64,000 nucleotides of DNA from Lama glama (taxonomy: Eukaryota): contig CM052818.1 of the NCBI GenBank assembly GCA_028534125.1, positions 9,798,001 through 9,862,000 of the forward strand. Direction: 5' to 3'. The notes beneath the pieces are model-generated. The model had not been told where the DNA came from. It made no database searches and saw only the letters and a list, made by a program, of their open reading frames with translations. Position 1 is the first letter of the stretch; every line of letters starts with the position of its first letter. A program made the position numbers and the translations under genes. Below are positions 11,140 through 24,732 of the stretch, in pieces.

Positions 11140-11924
11140 ACCCCCAGTGTCACAGCTATATGAATGAACTGAGCACCAATGTTTAAGAATCCATCAGGAG
11201 GATGAGAGACAAATAAGGAATGGAAAATATTTTGCATGTATTTGCTTGTCTTTCACCTCCAGAAACTGATTGATTTAAGAGATCATACACCATAATCAAG
11301 TGGATTTAAATACTTCTTAACTTAATAGGAGATAATAATGTTTGCTTACTGAAGAGTTCTGGACCAACCTCAATCTGTCCCAGTTGCAGAACCCCAGACT
11401 AGTCTTAAAACCACTCCAGTCTATGAAATCACAATCTGGATCTTAGGAGGTTTAGTGACACTACAGAATTTTAAATTACTATTATCTTTTATTTTTCAGA
11501 GACTCTCATTTAAATTTCCTTACCAATAGGATGACACGTTTGTATTTATTTCCAGGGCTATTTCTATTTGTCACATGAATAAGCTATGGATTTATATAAT
11601 CTCACCTTTTTAAAGGCTTTTTTAAAATTTTCACTTTTTTTAAGCTAGCTGAACCCTTTTCCCAAAGATCCAGTCCACATCCGAAAATGGAAAATATTTT
11701 ACTTTTGCAGGATAAACTTAAGTAGAAAAAAAGGAAGATTACAAGACAAGACAATGGATGGACTAAAAACAACAACAAATGTGAGTAATGGTTTTTATTT
11801 TTTTCGGGACTTACGCTGGGGAAGAATGTTTGTTACAGTAAGGATGATTGGCTGCTGGTCGTTAGGGATGATAATGAGTAGCACGTAGTATTTTTCCTCA
11901 AGGGCTTGCAGTTGTTGATACTAT

Positions 11925-13980
11925 TTATTTAGTCCAACAAATACCTGCTCTGTGCCAGGAGCTCTTTAGATTGTGGCACAAACACTGATAAACAAGGTAG
12001 TGAACTATTCCTCAATTAAAAAAATAAAGACAAAATCTCTGCTTTCATGCAGCTATGTCTCCCATGAAAGACATCAAGCGTGTTAGCAAATAAAATTATT
12101 CAAAATACTATTATTAAAATATTTTATTTCTTTATTGCTCAAAGAAAATAAGGTATTGGGATAGAAAGTGACTGAGGGAGGGAGATGCTCTTAAGACGTG
12201 ACATTTGAGTGGAGTCCTAAGTGATAAGAAAGAGACATCCAGAGGGAGAATCAGGGAAAGAACATTCCAAGAACCAAGCGTTTGAGACAAGAAAGCTTGT
12301 TTGGGGAACTGAAAGGCCAGTAAGACTGGAGGAAACTGGATGCGATTGAAGAGGTAAGCAGGGGCCAGATCATGGAGGACTTTGTAGGCCATGGGAAGGA
12401 GGATGGATTTTATTCCAGCTGCATGTTGGAGAATTTTAAGCATGTGATTGATAAAGGATTACAGCTCAAGATGTTAACTCTGGCCAGTTCATTAAACTGT
12501 TACGGACACCATGCATTAACTAGGGGCAGGAGTGAAGGCAGAGCAGTTGAGAGGCTGTTGCAGTAGTCTCACAGAGAAGTGAACTTGGTTTGAACTAGTC
12601 TTTTAGCGGAGGAGATGGTGAAAAGAGGTCATATTCAGTAAGATTTGGGTGACAGAATCAGAAGGACTTGCTGATGGATTGGGTGTAAGTGGAAGGGAGA
12701 GGGAAAAAAAAAACAGAAATAACTCTCACATTTTTGACCTAAGCAACCAGGAAAAAAGGAAGGCTGGTGAAGAAAGGTTTGAAAAGGAAAATCACTAGTT
12801 GTGTATAGACATACTAAGTTACAGAGGTCTATTAGTCATCCAGTAGGTAATTGAACATTAAAGGGGGAGGTCAAAGACTTGAAATAAAGATTTGGGAGTC
12901 AGAAGCATTACATTTCCACAAAAAGTTCAGATAAGGAAAAAAATATTCTAAAGGGCCCCAAAGAGCTGGTAGAAAAGAAGGAGCTGCCAGTGAAATAGGA
13001 GGGAAATCAAGAGACTGTAGTGTCCTAGCAAGTGTTTCAAAAAGAATAGAAGTGGTCAGCTGTGTTAAATGATGCTGAGAGATTGAAAAAGATGAAACTA
13101 AAGAAATGACCTTGAATTTGGCAAGGTGAAGGTCATTAATGACCTTGGTTAGAGCCATGTTAGTGGCTTGCCAAATCCCAAGTCATTTCTTTATTCTCAT
13201 CTTTTGAATTGGAGGAGATGGAGAAGAGAAAGCTGGAAACGATGAGTATGGACAACTCTTTGAAGAGTATTAAAGGAAACACATGCTGCAATAGTTGGAG
13301 GGGAATGTGGAGTTGCATTAGGCCAAGGGCTATCACAGCAACCTCGGTCTCAACAGGTGAACACAATTGAAGTTTATCACTTGAGTCACAGTCCAGTGTG
13401 AGTTGAACAGCTTTCTTCCAGGAGTAATCCAGGGACCTACATGTCTTCTATCTTGTAGTACCAACATGTGTCCTTCAAAGTCACCTTGGAGAAGGGAACA
13501 GGGCAGAGGCTCACGAATGGGAGATTTTTATGGGCCAGACCCGAAAGTGTAATACATTACTCTGGTCATGGCCTGCTTTCCATATGACCTCCACAAGGGG
13601 GCTAAGAAATATAATTTGAGAAATGTCATTTAGTTGTGTGCCCTGGAAGAAGAGAAGAAATGGATATGAGTAAGCACTAGCAGTTTCTGGCAGTGATGTT
13701 TTGTTTTGTTTATAGAGGGTGAAATTAAGTCATGTTTGTAAAAGATGAGACTGACTCACTGGTGAAGGAGAAATTGGTGATGATAGAGAAAGGGTGAAAT
13801 CTGGAGCACGAGTTATAAGGTTGGCCGTAGATTGGAATGGGGGCACTTCCTCTGTGGTAACAAGAAGGAAGGCAGAGCAGATGCAGAGAACCTGGTAGAC
13901 CTGATGGTATGGAAATGAGGTAGTTAGTCAGATTGCTGTTTTTTCTTAAGTGAAGTGTGAGGTAATGTTCAGCTGGGGGT
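11925..13980 (-). mobile_element. Long L2 remnant interrupted by an MLT1-type MaLR LTR (~13320-13690)
   Basis: L2 hallmarks ggggccagatcatggaggactttgtaggccatgggaagg and ggatttggcaa-like...ggtcattaatgaccttgg. The internal segment is MaLR-like. Confidence 0.75.
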
Positions 13981-14833
13981 GGGGGACATCTATTATCTCT
14001 TTTTATTAGGAATGAAAATAAATGATTCCAGCATGTCCCCAGCATATTTCCCTATCTATCAGCCTGTTTACCACACTGAACTAGTTACCTGGTCATGTGC
14101 CTGGCTCTGGACTAAACTAAAAAATCCTTGAAAGCAGGACCTCTTATTCCAGGTGGCTGGCACACAGCAGATGTTCAATATTTGTTGAGTGAATTATCCT
14201 GTCTAGAGATCAGCATCTCTATTTCTCAGGCCTTTCTGGGTTATTGAACACCCCACCATGTCTGGTCTTTAGTGTGTGGTATGTACACTTTGCACTTCGA
14301 TAGCACTTCTGAGCCTACAATTGATTTTATTCTAAAACTTTTGTTATAACTACATCTGTTCAGTTTGATGACAGGTATCTTTTTTATTCTTCCAACAAGG
14401 TTTAAATTGTTTAAGGCATGTTCTTTAGTATCAAGAGTAATGATACTCTTCCTTACCACCTCAGTGTCTGCTGTTTAATAACAGATATTTGTAACATCTC
14501 CTTTACTGTCCTGAAGTGAAATTCATATATATATCATCTACCTTACATGTATGTTTTCAAACAAATAAAAAAATTCCGTAAGAGCAATATGAAAGAGAAA
14601 TGAAAAGAAAGCCATGTGTTAAAAAATAATACTGACTTTGATATGTAAATGCTTGGGAACGACTACATTAAAAGACGTAATGACGTTTTCAAATGTTTGC
14701 GTCTATGTATAGAATCACAGGCTACAACTGGAGCCTGACACTGATGTGTTGTATTGGGAGGCTGTCACAGTTGGGAGTTTTCAACTTTTAAAAAGTTTTC
14801 TAATAAAACAATCTTCTCTTGACTTACACAATA

Positions 14834-15172
14834 CAGTTGGCCCTCCTTATCCACAGATTCAAACAACCACAGGTTGAAAATATTTGAGGAAAAAAAAATT
14901 CCAGAAAGTTCCAAAAAGCAAAACTTGAATTTGCTGTGCACTGACAACTACTTGTGTAGCACTTACATTGTATTTACAACTACTTACATAGCATTTACAT
15001 TGTATTAGGTATTATCAGTAATCTAGAGATGATTTAAAGTATATGAGGAGGATGTGCTGTAAGTTATATGCAAGTACTATGCCATTTTATATAAGGAACT
15101 TGAGCATCCTTGGATTTTTGGTATTTAAGGGGATCCTAGAACCAACCCCTCTTGGATACCGAGCAATGACTA
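14834..15172 (-). mobile_element. MER2-family (Tigger) DNA transposon
   Basis: TIR-like ends cagttggccctccttatcc and ggataccgagcaatgacta, TA flanks at 14832-33 and 15173-74, MER2 internal sequence. Confidence 0.85.
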
Positions 15173-15279
15173 TAGTTGCATTGCTGAGAAATTTAGCATA
15201 TGTTAAAACCATGCACAAAGTATTTTGTGTTTCTATGTCAAATGGAGTTGTGTTTTAGGCTTATATTATTACTATACTA

Positions 15280-15620
15280 GACTTTTCATCCACATGAATA
15301 TGAAATATTGGAAAGTCATGAGGATGGAGGACAGTTCTTGGCCATACTGGACTGTCCTTTGCAAGGCATCTAGTATCCCTGACTGCCCTTGCAGTAAATG
15401 TCACTGGTGTCCCCACATCATTTTGATAACCAACAATTTGGTCACAGATTTCCAAAACATCCCTGATGGTTTGGAACAATAGTTCTTAAATTTTGGTGGT
15501 CAGAAGTATCACTTGGAGAGCTTGTTGGGAATACAGATTCTTTGGCCCTACTCCCAGAAATTCTGATTCAGTGGGTAGGAGAAGGGCCCTGAAATCTATA
15601 TTTTGTAATGACTACCCCAA
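15280..15620. mobile_element. MER20-like plus MER5-like hAT-Charlie elements
   Basis: Antisense MER20-like (ggactgtcc...gcatctagtatccctg), followed by MER5 motifs (atcacttggagagcttgtt...ttctgattcagt). Confidence 0.6.
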
Positions 15621-16132
15621 GACTGAGTCTTGAATAATATTTGACAGAGGCTGTGAAAAAAGTCTGTTGAAATATCCCCGTCCCATACATAACTAAGGGC
15701 CCTGTTCTTGAATTTGAAATTGCAGACTATCGTACTCTTCTTTCTCAATACTTTAACATGTATAAGTGGTTATTTTTACACTTCTCTGATAGCCAGAATG
15801 ATCCTGTTCATCAGATTGAATGTCTCTCCCTTAGAGAACTCTAGATGAACTTACCACATTGCTTCTCTTTGATACCCCTTTTATCTGTGTTACCTTCCCT
15901 CTGTTACACAGTTTATGCAGACATTTTACATCAATTTAGGCCACACGGTTATTTTAAAAGAAAATAAGCTGTATGGAGACTACTTGCTAGTCCCAATTAG
16001 AGCACTGCTGGTCAGGACAGGTTGTTCTAACAGCCAGAGTCCACTGTTAGGAGTGGGTTTTATCCGTTAACAGAGCTGTCGGCCACGCCCCACTGCTACT
16101 GTCCTGTTTTACTTCATATGTGGGTATTGTTT

Positions 16133-16285
16133 CTTTGGTTTTGTTTTGTTTTTAAAATTTTTTTGTACAGTTTGTTTTTTGGGGGAGGTAAATAGGTTTA
16201 TTTATTTATTTTTAATGGAAGATTGAACCCGGGACCTTGTGCATGCTAGACATGCGCTCTGCTCCTGAGCTATATCCTCCCCACC
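16133..16285 (-). mobile_element. Camelid tRNA-derived SINE (Vic-1 type)
   Basis: Antisense head ggggaggatatagctcag...ggttcaat. 15-bp TSD atgtg(g/c)gtattgttt at 16118-16132 and 16286-16300. Confidence 0.85.
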
Positions 16286-17405
16286 ATGTGCGTATTGTTT
16301 GAGACCTCTGAAATACACTCCCATGAGTTTAAGAGTCTGTAAAAGACAAAAGTAAGGGGGAGAACACCTCATAAATAATGAGGATTAGGATCTACAAATC
16401 AGGTTTGAAGAGTCCTGGAACCATTTCCATTTTCTTCAGCATACTGAAGCATTCTTTAAAAATGGCTGCAGTACTCACAGAAGGAGGTAATACTTAAGTG
16501 GGGGTGGGTGTCATCTGGTCAAGTGGAGAGAAGGGAAGGAGAGAAAGGTTAAGACTGCATGCATATTGTAGAGACCAGGACAATTGAAGCAGAGGGTGTG
16601 CGGCAGACAGTGCTAGCTGACCTCTCTTCCTTTTCTGTATTCATATAGCTTGAGAAATGGTTATTCAGCTACACTCTGTCTCCCAGCTTCCCTTGAGTAG
16701 AGATATATGTCCACCTTTCTTAGGCAGAGCCTTTCAGATGGTGAGCCTGCTTCCTTTTTGCTTTCCTGTCATCCATCTAACGTTGGTGATGATATCCTAG
16801 CCTAGAGGTTACAATTGAGGTGAAAGGAACCTGTGTGATTGCATGGAGCAACCTGGAACTCACGCATTGAATTCAGAAAAGTATTTCTCTCTTTTCTGAT
16901 CCACTGCATTTGGATCTTTTCGTGATAGCAGCTAGCATTACAATAACGAATATGAGTATTGATACGCAAACAGAAATATGGTTAGAATCTGGTAATGGAG
17001 GGGTTAGAATGCCAGGAAGAGTAGTTTAGTTTTATCTCATAGGCAACAGAGAAATATTGCAAGTTCTCCAACTAGAGAGTGCTATGATAGAGGCAGTGTT
17101 TTGGGAAAATCAGATTGGTAGCATACAAGGCCTCCATTAAGAGGTTGTTGCAGTGGAACAAATAATATAGCTGAAACTGACCAGGATATTGAGTGTGGAA
17201 ATGATGTAAAAATGAAGAGGAAGGAAAACACGAGATATTACAAAGAGAAGTGATAGGCCTCGGTGACCAACTGCATATAAGAAACTAAGGAGAACTGGGA
17301 GTCAAAAGTTCCAGATTTCTAATCTGGAAAACTGCTGATACAGCAGGAATTGCTGTCAGGAAAGTAGAAATGGATAGACTAATATCAAAAATTTGTGGAC
17401 GTACG

Positions 17406-17905
17406 NNNNNNNNNNNNNNNNNNNNNNNNNNNNNNNNNNNNNNNNNNNNNNNNNNNNNNNNNNNNNNNNNNNNNNNNNNNNNNNNNNNNNNNNNNNNNNN
17501 NNNNNNNNNNNNNNNNNNNNNNNNNNNNNNNNNNNNNNNNNNNNNNNNNNNNNNNNNNNNNNNNNNNNNNNNNNNNNNNNNNNNNNNNNNNNNNNNNNNN
17601 NNNNNNNNNNNNNNNNNNNNNNNNNNNNNNNNNNNNNNNNNNNNNNNNNNNNNNNNNNNNNNNNNNNNNNNNNNNNNNNNNNNNNNNNNNNNNNNNNNNN
17701 NNNNNNNNNNNNNNNNNNNNNNNNNNNNNNNNNNNNNNNNNNNNNNNNNNNNNNNNNNNNNNNNNNNNNNNNNNNNNNNNNNNNNNNNNNNNNNNNNNNN
17801 NNNNNNNNNNNNNNNNNNNNNNNNNNNNNNNNNNNNNNNNNNNNNNNNNNNNNNNNNNNNNNNNNNNNNNNNNNNNNNNNNNNNNNNNNNNNNNNNNNNN
17901 NNNNN
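17406..17905. other. Assembly gap (500 N)
   Basis: Run of N followed by a poly-A. Confidence 1.
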
Positions 17906-20900
17906 AAAAAAAAAAAATTTGTAAGTAGTTTGGAGCGTGGCGGCAAGCCCAGACCCTGCCATCATCAGTGTTGCTTGTTCTCCCTCCTGTCCAGCACTAG
18001 TCCATGGACCACTATTTTTAAAGCAAATTTTAGGGGAAAGGGATAGTCCCTCAAGTAAGAACCAATAGCTCTGAGGAAACCTGCCCCACTCACCTATTTT
18101 CATTTAAGGAACTGAAACATGAGGTTTGGGAACACTCAGAGAAATGAAATCTTAGTATGTGAAAACTTAAAAAAGCAGTCATTAAACATTCATTTTTAAA
18201 GCACCTCTTTTTAATGTTTATGTGTATATTGTGTGGGCCCTATAGCACTATACATGCTAGCTTTACGTGTAGAGCACTGCTTGGAAGTATGACGCAGTGC
18301 ACCAACGTGGTTTCTGTAAGAGAAGTAATGGCTGGTGTTTCACAAACATGTGATCCAATAATTACTTGCAAAGATTTAGAATTAGCATTTTTCAGAACTT
18401 GTAATAAAGTCATCTTCACCTTGAAGTCATATGATGTTTCTGATCTATCTCAACAAGAGGATAGTTAAATTTTAAGGTTGGAAGAAACCCAATAGAACAT
18501 TTCATCCATGCCTTCATTTTACACACGAGAAAACAGGCACGGAAAATTTAAGTCCTTTGCTCCCGTCTTAACAGCTAGTTGGTTGCTGAGTTGTAACTTG
18601 AAACTAGACCTCCAAACCCTTAGTTTGGATCTTTTTCTCCTGTGCCACGCTGCATTTCCAAATATGATCTCAGATACAAAGCAATACAAAAACATTTGTT
18701 AGCTAAGTAGCAGCCATAATGTTACTAATGAAAATGCTAACATGTGGAGCGCTTAGCATTCACAGGCTCTGCACCTTTTAAAGACTGTCATCATACAATA
18801 CAACATCAACTATACCTCAATTAAAAAAAAAAAAAGACTCTCACACTTTTTTCCCAAAAGTCTTCAGTTCAACTCTAGGAAGATTAAAAATCAGTTCTTT
18901 TAACTCTTTTTATTCAAGGCATTGACTATCATATTCATCATTTATTCCCTACAGTGGTCAGTACAGTGCCCTGAGTATTGAGATGCTCAGTAAGTATCTA
19001 GTGAAGTGTAAATTTTTACACATTGCATCACTCTAGTGTTGATATGAGTATAATATATCACCTCTGGGCAGTATGTACTATTAGAAAAAGAGAGAGAGAC
19101 ACATACACAAGGCTCATCTCTCTCCTCCTCAAAGAGAACCATGCCTGCAGAGGCAAAATAGTGATTATATTAAGACAAATACTGAAATCATGGATTAGAA
19201 GCAAACTGAGCCAACTAGTTAACAAGTTCTTTAATAATATTCAAAGTCCTTAAATTTTTGCTAAAATTTTTATTTAAAAGTTGCATCAAAAATATACATG
19301 TAAAACATTAAAGAAAGTTTGGAGAGAAGAAGAAAAATGGCCTATAATTCTACCTCACTAATGTAAATGTCACATATGTGCATGTGTGAGTGTGTGTACA
19401 TGTTTCCTTCCAGAGCTTTGTCATATGCAGACTTTGATTTATTTCTTCTGCTGTTACTTTATCATGGTAAAAATTAAAGCAGAGAAAATAAGAATCAGTT
19501 AAAATGACTTCACCCCCAACCCTGTGAAAAAAGTGTCCAAGAGTAATGGTTTGGAGTATATCTTCAGGTAACTTTTATTACATTTTTAATATAGGTACAA
19601 TCAATCATGAATACTATGCATACATAAAATTTGACAGCCTGCTTTTTTTGCACTTGATATTTATACTATTCACATTTTCTTGTGTTGCTACAGAGTTTTT
19701 ATACTAAGCTCTTAAAGGAAGGAAGTTGGCTAGAGAATGGATGTTCTAGCAAACTGGGAATAGTTCCAAGGTTTGTAGGTCTTATTGAGGTTAAAAAGCA
19801 GATTTTCTGTGACTATGGGGTGGAAAAGTTGGAAAAATAGGAAATTATGAGCAGAAGTTTGGGCTTTCTAAATTATTGCATTAATTTAGAAAGGTTTGCA
19901 TTTTGTTTGCTAACAACTGAGATTATAGACATCTAATCATACTTAGAGTCATCTAATAATAATCTATTCTAAATATTTTGTAATACAGCAAACTATCTCT
20001 AATGAGGTTCAAAATGTGTTAAACCTAATTTTGGATATTCCAAATGGAAATTCATTTTCAGAGTAAACGGATACACATTTATTTTTATTTAGTACTTATT
20101 AAAAGTAATAGATCAATATTATAAATCATAAAATTATACTTTCATATTACTGGGTATATTTTGAGTACATTTTTTGCCTTAGATTTTTGATATGATGTTG
20201 GTCACACAGCTGAAATAGGAGGGACAGACTATAATAGATCATGAAATCTTCTCTCCTGCTTTGCTGAGCTTAGAATACCTTCCCTTCTGTGCAACCTGCA
20301 TCATGCTTTGTCACCTAGGCCACAGAAAGACTGTGTCTGAAGTCTCACTGAATCTGTCATGAATACAGTATCTTTATCTTTTGACACTAACCCCTTCCCC
20401 TACCATGACTCCAAATCATCATTAGGCTGATGATAGCAACAAATACTATCCCGTCTCCTCTGTTGCTTTCCCACCTGTCTCTTGAACCCCTTGCACTAGA
20501 ACTCTTTTGTACTTCTGCTGCTGCAAAACGTATTTTACCAGCTCATGTTGAAAAGTAGACAGTGAAAGTGGCATCTCACTCCATTTTTAGCACTTAAGCT
20601 CCAGTGAGAAAACCCTGATAATCCATGAGAGAAAGCTCTCCGTCTCAACAGTGTGAAAGATGGATTGGAGGAAGGGAAAGACTAGAGACAGGTGAATAGT
20701 AGGGAAAATAATTGTAGCAATGGAGGGGAGGGAAGATATGCTTGAAATAAGGCCGTGGCTTTGGGGAGTAGCTAATTGGGAGACATAGGTAGGGAGAACT
20801 GCCAGTTTTCTGCTTTGAGCAGCTGTATTAATTGTGGGGGCATTCAATGATGTAGGAACGTGAGGGTAGGGGAATTTCTCCCTTTGTATGACAGTAAATC

Positions 20901-20949
20901 CAAATATGAAAAGACCTCTTACCATTCTTTCTCCCTTTCCTTCCCCCTT

Positions 20950-21410
20950 TATAACAAAATCTTGATTTCATTTGGATAATTTGCTCTGCTACAAATGCCA
21001 AGTGCATCTTTAAGTCAATCATGGTAATCCCATTCTTGATCCAGAGAGTGGTTTAGGAATGGGCAAATGATACATTTCTGACCACTGTAACTAGAGGGGG
21101 AATTTGCTGGAACATTCTGGAATCTTTTTTTTCTTTCATTTCTAGTAAAAAGAGACACCCAGGAATTCACTGGACTGTGCTGTGTCTGTGAGTGACAAGT
21201 GAACTATAGAAGCCATTTTAAGATCTTGAGTTAAAAATAAAGCCAACATGCTTAAGATGTTGGAGCAGAAAATTTTAGAGGAACCTGACATGGTCAGCTG
21301 CTGAGTTGGAACCATCCCACCTCAGATACCTTGTTATAATAAGTATTTCCTTATGGCTTAAGCCATTTAAGTTGAGGATGGTATTGTCTGCAGCCCAAAA
21401 CAATTTAAGA
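20950..21410 (+). mobile_element. MLT1-type MaLR LTR
   Basis: 3' end ttaagccatttaagttgagg...tctgcagcccaaa is typical of old MLT1. Confidence 0.6.
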
Positions 21411-22034
21411 GCTATAGAACTGTCCTTAAATAAAGAATTCTAGCTAGGCTTGTAATCAACTGGAAATAAGATCTTTGGAACTGGATCCTCAATGATCCAG
21501 CCAATGACCCAGAGCAGTCCATCATTGAGAAGGAACTGACTTTTTGAAGGCTGAGCTCCAGGAAAATGGTCTCCACTAAAATATGTATTTCCTTAAAGTG
21601 GACATTTATTCTATTAAATTAAGTTAAGACATAGTATTTTAATTTTCACTTCCTGTATTACACTTACAGTTACTGTATGCATACTGTTGCTCAAGACCGC
21701 TGGCAGATTCAGAAATAGAACTCAGCGCCAAGGCCAAAATGGAAGTTTACAGTTTTGTCAAAGCCCTTGACAAAGAGTACAGGAAATAAAAGTCAACCAA
21801 ACAGGAAGTAGGCAGAGTAGAACAGAACAGCCAGAAATATTTGGGCCTGGCGCAAGAATTAATCTGCCTGCAGAACACAGAATTACTAAGCGAAATCTTT
21901 AGGGCTGAAATCTTTAATTTGTAAACATTTTAAAGGGATCATGAAAGGGGGGAAAGCACAAGGAAGTAAAAGAAGAGAGAAATGCTTCTCTGGAGTAATT
22001 ATTGCATAAACTAGAGAATGTTTTCTGCATAGAT

Positions 22035-22822
22035 AATGGCAAGTTTAAAACCTTTCTGCAAATTCCTTGACCCTCCTCCCATAGAGAGGTGAATTATGTG
22101 GCCCTTCTCTTTGAATCTGGTCCAAACCTCAGTGATCATTTGACCAGTAGGCTATGGCAGAAATGACATTATATGACTTTCCAGGGTAGGTCATAGAAGG
22201 TGGTGCAGAGTCTACCTGGTTTGCTTGTCCCTGCATTAGAACCATGAGCTGCTGTGTGAGAAGCATCACTGCCCTGAGACCACCATGCTGTGAGGGAGCA
22301 CACCCTAACCAGAGCTGTGAGGTGTTTGAGGTGACAGACACTAAATGGTCATCTAGGTCAATAGATGCCTTAATTAGAACATCTGTGCATTCTTACAGTT
22401 GTAAAGGTTCCTTCCGCTTCATTTTGATGACCAACAATACTACTGTAAATGTATTTGGTTTTTTGAAGTTCACAGGGTATTAATATGTTGGAGCACTATG
22501 TAAATCTGAAGAAGTTATAAACAGCATTTATTACCTTGATTAAAAACAAAAACAAAACAACACAGACAGACCACATGGAGAGGCTCTCTGACCCAGGGAG
22601 AGAGAGATGCCCAGCCGTCCCAGGTTCTCCCAATGCCCACTCTTCCCGCTCCTGCCACCGAATGGCTTCAACTGCAGGAGAGATCCTAAGGCAGAACCAC
22701 CCAGTAGAGCTCCTCCTGAATTCCTGACCCGCGGAAACCACAAGAGATAATAAAATGATTGCTGTCATTTTAAGCCAGTGAGCTTTGGGGTGGTTTGTTA
22801 TGGACGACTGATAGCCGGAGCA
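22035..22822 (+). mobile_element. MLT1-type MaLR LTR, split by a ~250-bp insertion at ~22311-22560
   Basis: 5' half ...accatgctgtgagg... and 3' half ccacatggagagg...aattcctgacc...ttttaagcca...ttggggtggtttgttat are contiguous in MLT1 consensus. Confidence 0.8.
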
Positions 22823-23514
22823 GTAGAGGAGGTGATTTAAATACTATGGCTCTTTAATAAATAGGGGAAGAACCCTAGGCCATTAGAAGTCATTATAGCT
22901 AATTAATATAACAAGCAAGGTGAAGTGTTGGTTTCCAGTCAGAGAACTACTTACCAATAATTAAAGCAAATAATTAATTGGTGAGGCCAAGTAATATTTT
23001 TTTTAAATCTTGGCTCTCAAAGAACTTTGCTTTAGTTAATATGAAATGTTAAAAAATTATGCCACATTTCTTCAGAGCCAATTTATGTAAGTCATTTTCT
23101 TTTTTTCCCCACTTTTTCTTCCAATTTCAGAGATTCCTATTACCAACAAACTATGACAGATGTTTAGGTTGTTTTCCTGACATGTCACAACTCAGCAGCA
23201 GCTCAGAAAACTACAAGCTGAGGCGTTTAGGATCCCTGTGCACTGGGTTCCAGCTTCCTGACCCTAGGACATTCAGTTAGTAAACTTTCTGTAAGGGAGA
23301 GTGCAGGACATTTTCAGTCTGCATGGGACTGAGGTGGGGCCGTATGTGTGAGCTGAATATCAGGATGGGAAGGTAGATGTCAGAGAAGCAGAAGCCTTTG
23401 TGGCTCAGACTTCTGGTCTCAGTTCTTCCTTTTCTTGGTTTAAAGTATTGGAAGAAAATGAATAAAAATTAAGATCAACCAAAGCAAATGTAGAAAAGTA
23501 ACATGGAAAATGTA

Positions 23515-23785
23515 TATGAATGTCCAGAATAGACAAATCCACAGAGACAGAAAGTAGACTAGTGGTTGACTAGGGCAGGTGAGTCTGGGGCTAAAGGGAC
23601 ATGAGGACTAATTGGTAATGAGTACAATGAGTGTGAAATTCCTTTGTCGGGTACTGAAAATGTCCTAAAATTGATTGTGGTAATGATTGCAAAACTCTGA
23701 ATATACTAAAAACCGTTGAATTGTACACTTTAAATGAACTGTATGGTGTGTGAATTGTATTTCAGTAGAGCTGTTATAAAAAATG
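23515..23785 (+). mobile_element. L1MB/MC 3' fragment
   Basis: aatgtccagaatagacaaatccacagagacagaaagtagactagtggttg...ttgaattgtacactttaaat. Confidence 0.8.
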
Positions 23786-23914
23786 TAACAAGGGAAATTT
23801 TTATATAAAATGAAAACAGATAAAAATCAAACTTGTTTGTCATAATTAAAAGGTTATCACTGATGCTTAGAAATTTCCTTGGCTATATGAAATGACGCTG
23901 AGATTCCTCTAGTG

Positions 23915-24283
23915 CAGAGTTTAGCAAACTTTTCCTGTAAAAGGCCAAAAAGAAAATATTTCAGGCTTTGCAGACTAAGAGGCAAAATCATAACTATTAT
24001 GTAGGTGCTCATATAATAAGACAGAAAATAAATTTCTGCACATTTAAAAATAATAAAATTTAAAGTGTAATAGTTGAGTATAATTTTTTTTTGTAATACA
24101 GGTCTATTGAGAAGAATGGAGTATTTTTTAGGAGATAACATTTCACTTAAGTTTCAAAGTTAATGTTTCCTATCCTCAAATTGATTACAGGTGTTCTGAA
24201 AAAAAAAAACAGGGTTCTTAGCTCATGGGTCATATAAAAACAGTCAGTGGGCTGGATTTGGCCTATGGGTTTACCAAACCTTG
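23915..24283 (+). mobile_element. MER58-type hAT-Charlie element
   Basis: cagagtttagcaaacttttcctgtaaa...ggctggatttggcc. 8-bp TSD ctctagtg (23907-23914) and ctctagag (24284-24291). Confidence 0.85.
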
Positions 24284-24312
24284 CTCTAGAGGACTAAATT
24301 CTTAAAGGCTGG

Positions 24313-24732
24313 TTTATTAGTCTCCTAGGGCTTCTGTAACAAAGTACCAGAAACTAGTTAAATTAAAACAGCAGAACTTATTGTCTCACAGTTCCAGAGG
24401 CCAGAAATCCAAAACCAAGATGCTGCAGGGTGATGCTCCCTCCAGGGTCTCTGGGGGAGGATATTTCTTTGCCTCTTCTAGGATCTGGTAACCCTAGGCT
24501 TGTGGGGGCATAACTCCAAATTCTGCCTTTTTCCCATATGGCTGTCTTCTCTCTATCTGTGTTTGTGTTTTTTCTCTTCTTATAAGGACATCAGTTGTAC
24601 CCTAATTCAGTATGACTTCCTCTTAACTAATATATTTGCAATGACCTTATTTCTGAATAAGATCACATTCATTGGTACTGTGGGTTAGGACTTGAACGTA
24701 TCTTCTTGGGGTACACAGTTCAACCCACAACA
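24313..24732 (-). mobile_element. MLT1A/B/C-type MaLR LTR
   Basis: tattagtctcctagggcttctgtaacaaagtacca...ttattgtctcacagttccagaggccagaa...cagttcaacccacaaca. Confidence 0.85.

Noticed and set aside
17285..18103. Long ORFs of 177-272 aa
   Set aside because: Artefacts of translating through the 500-N gap.
21754..21774. Hairpin tttgtcaa-agccc-ttgacaaa
   Set aside because: An 8-bp stem is expected by chance in 64 kb, and there is no RNA-gene context.
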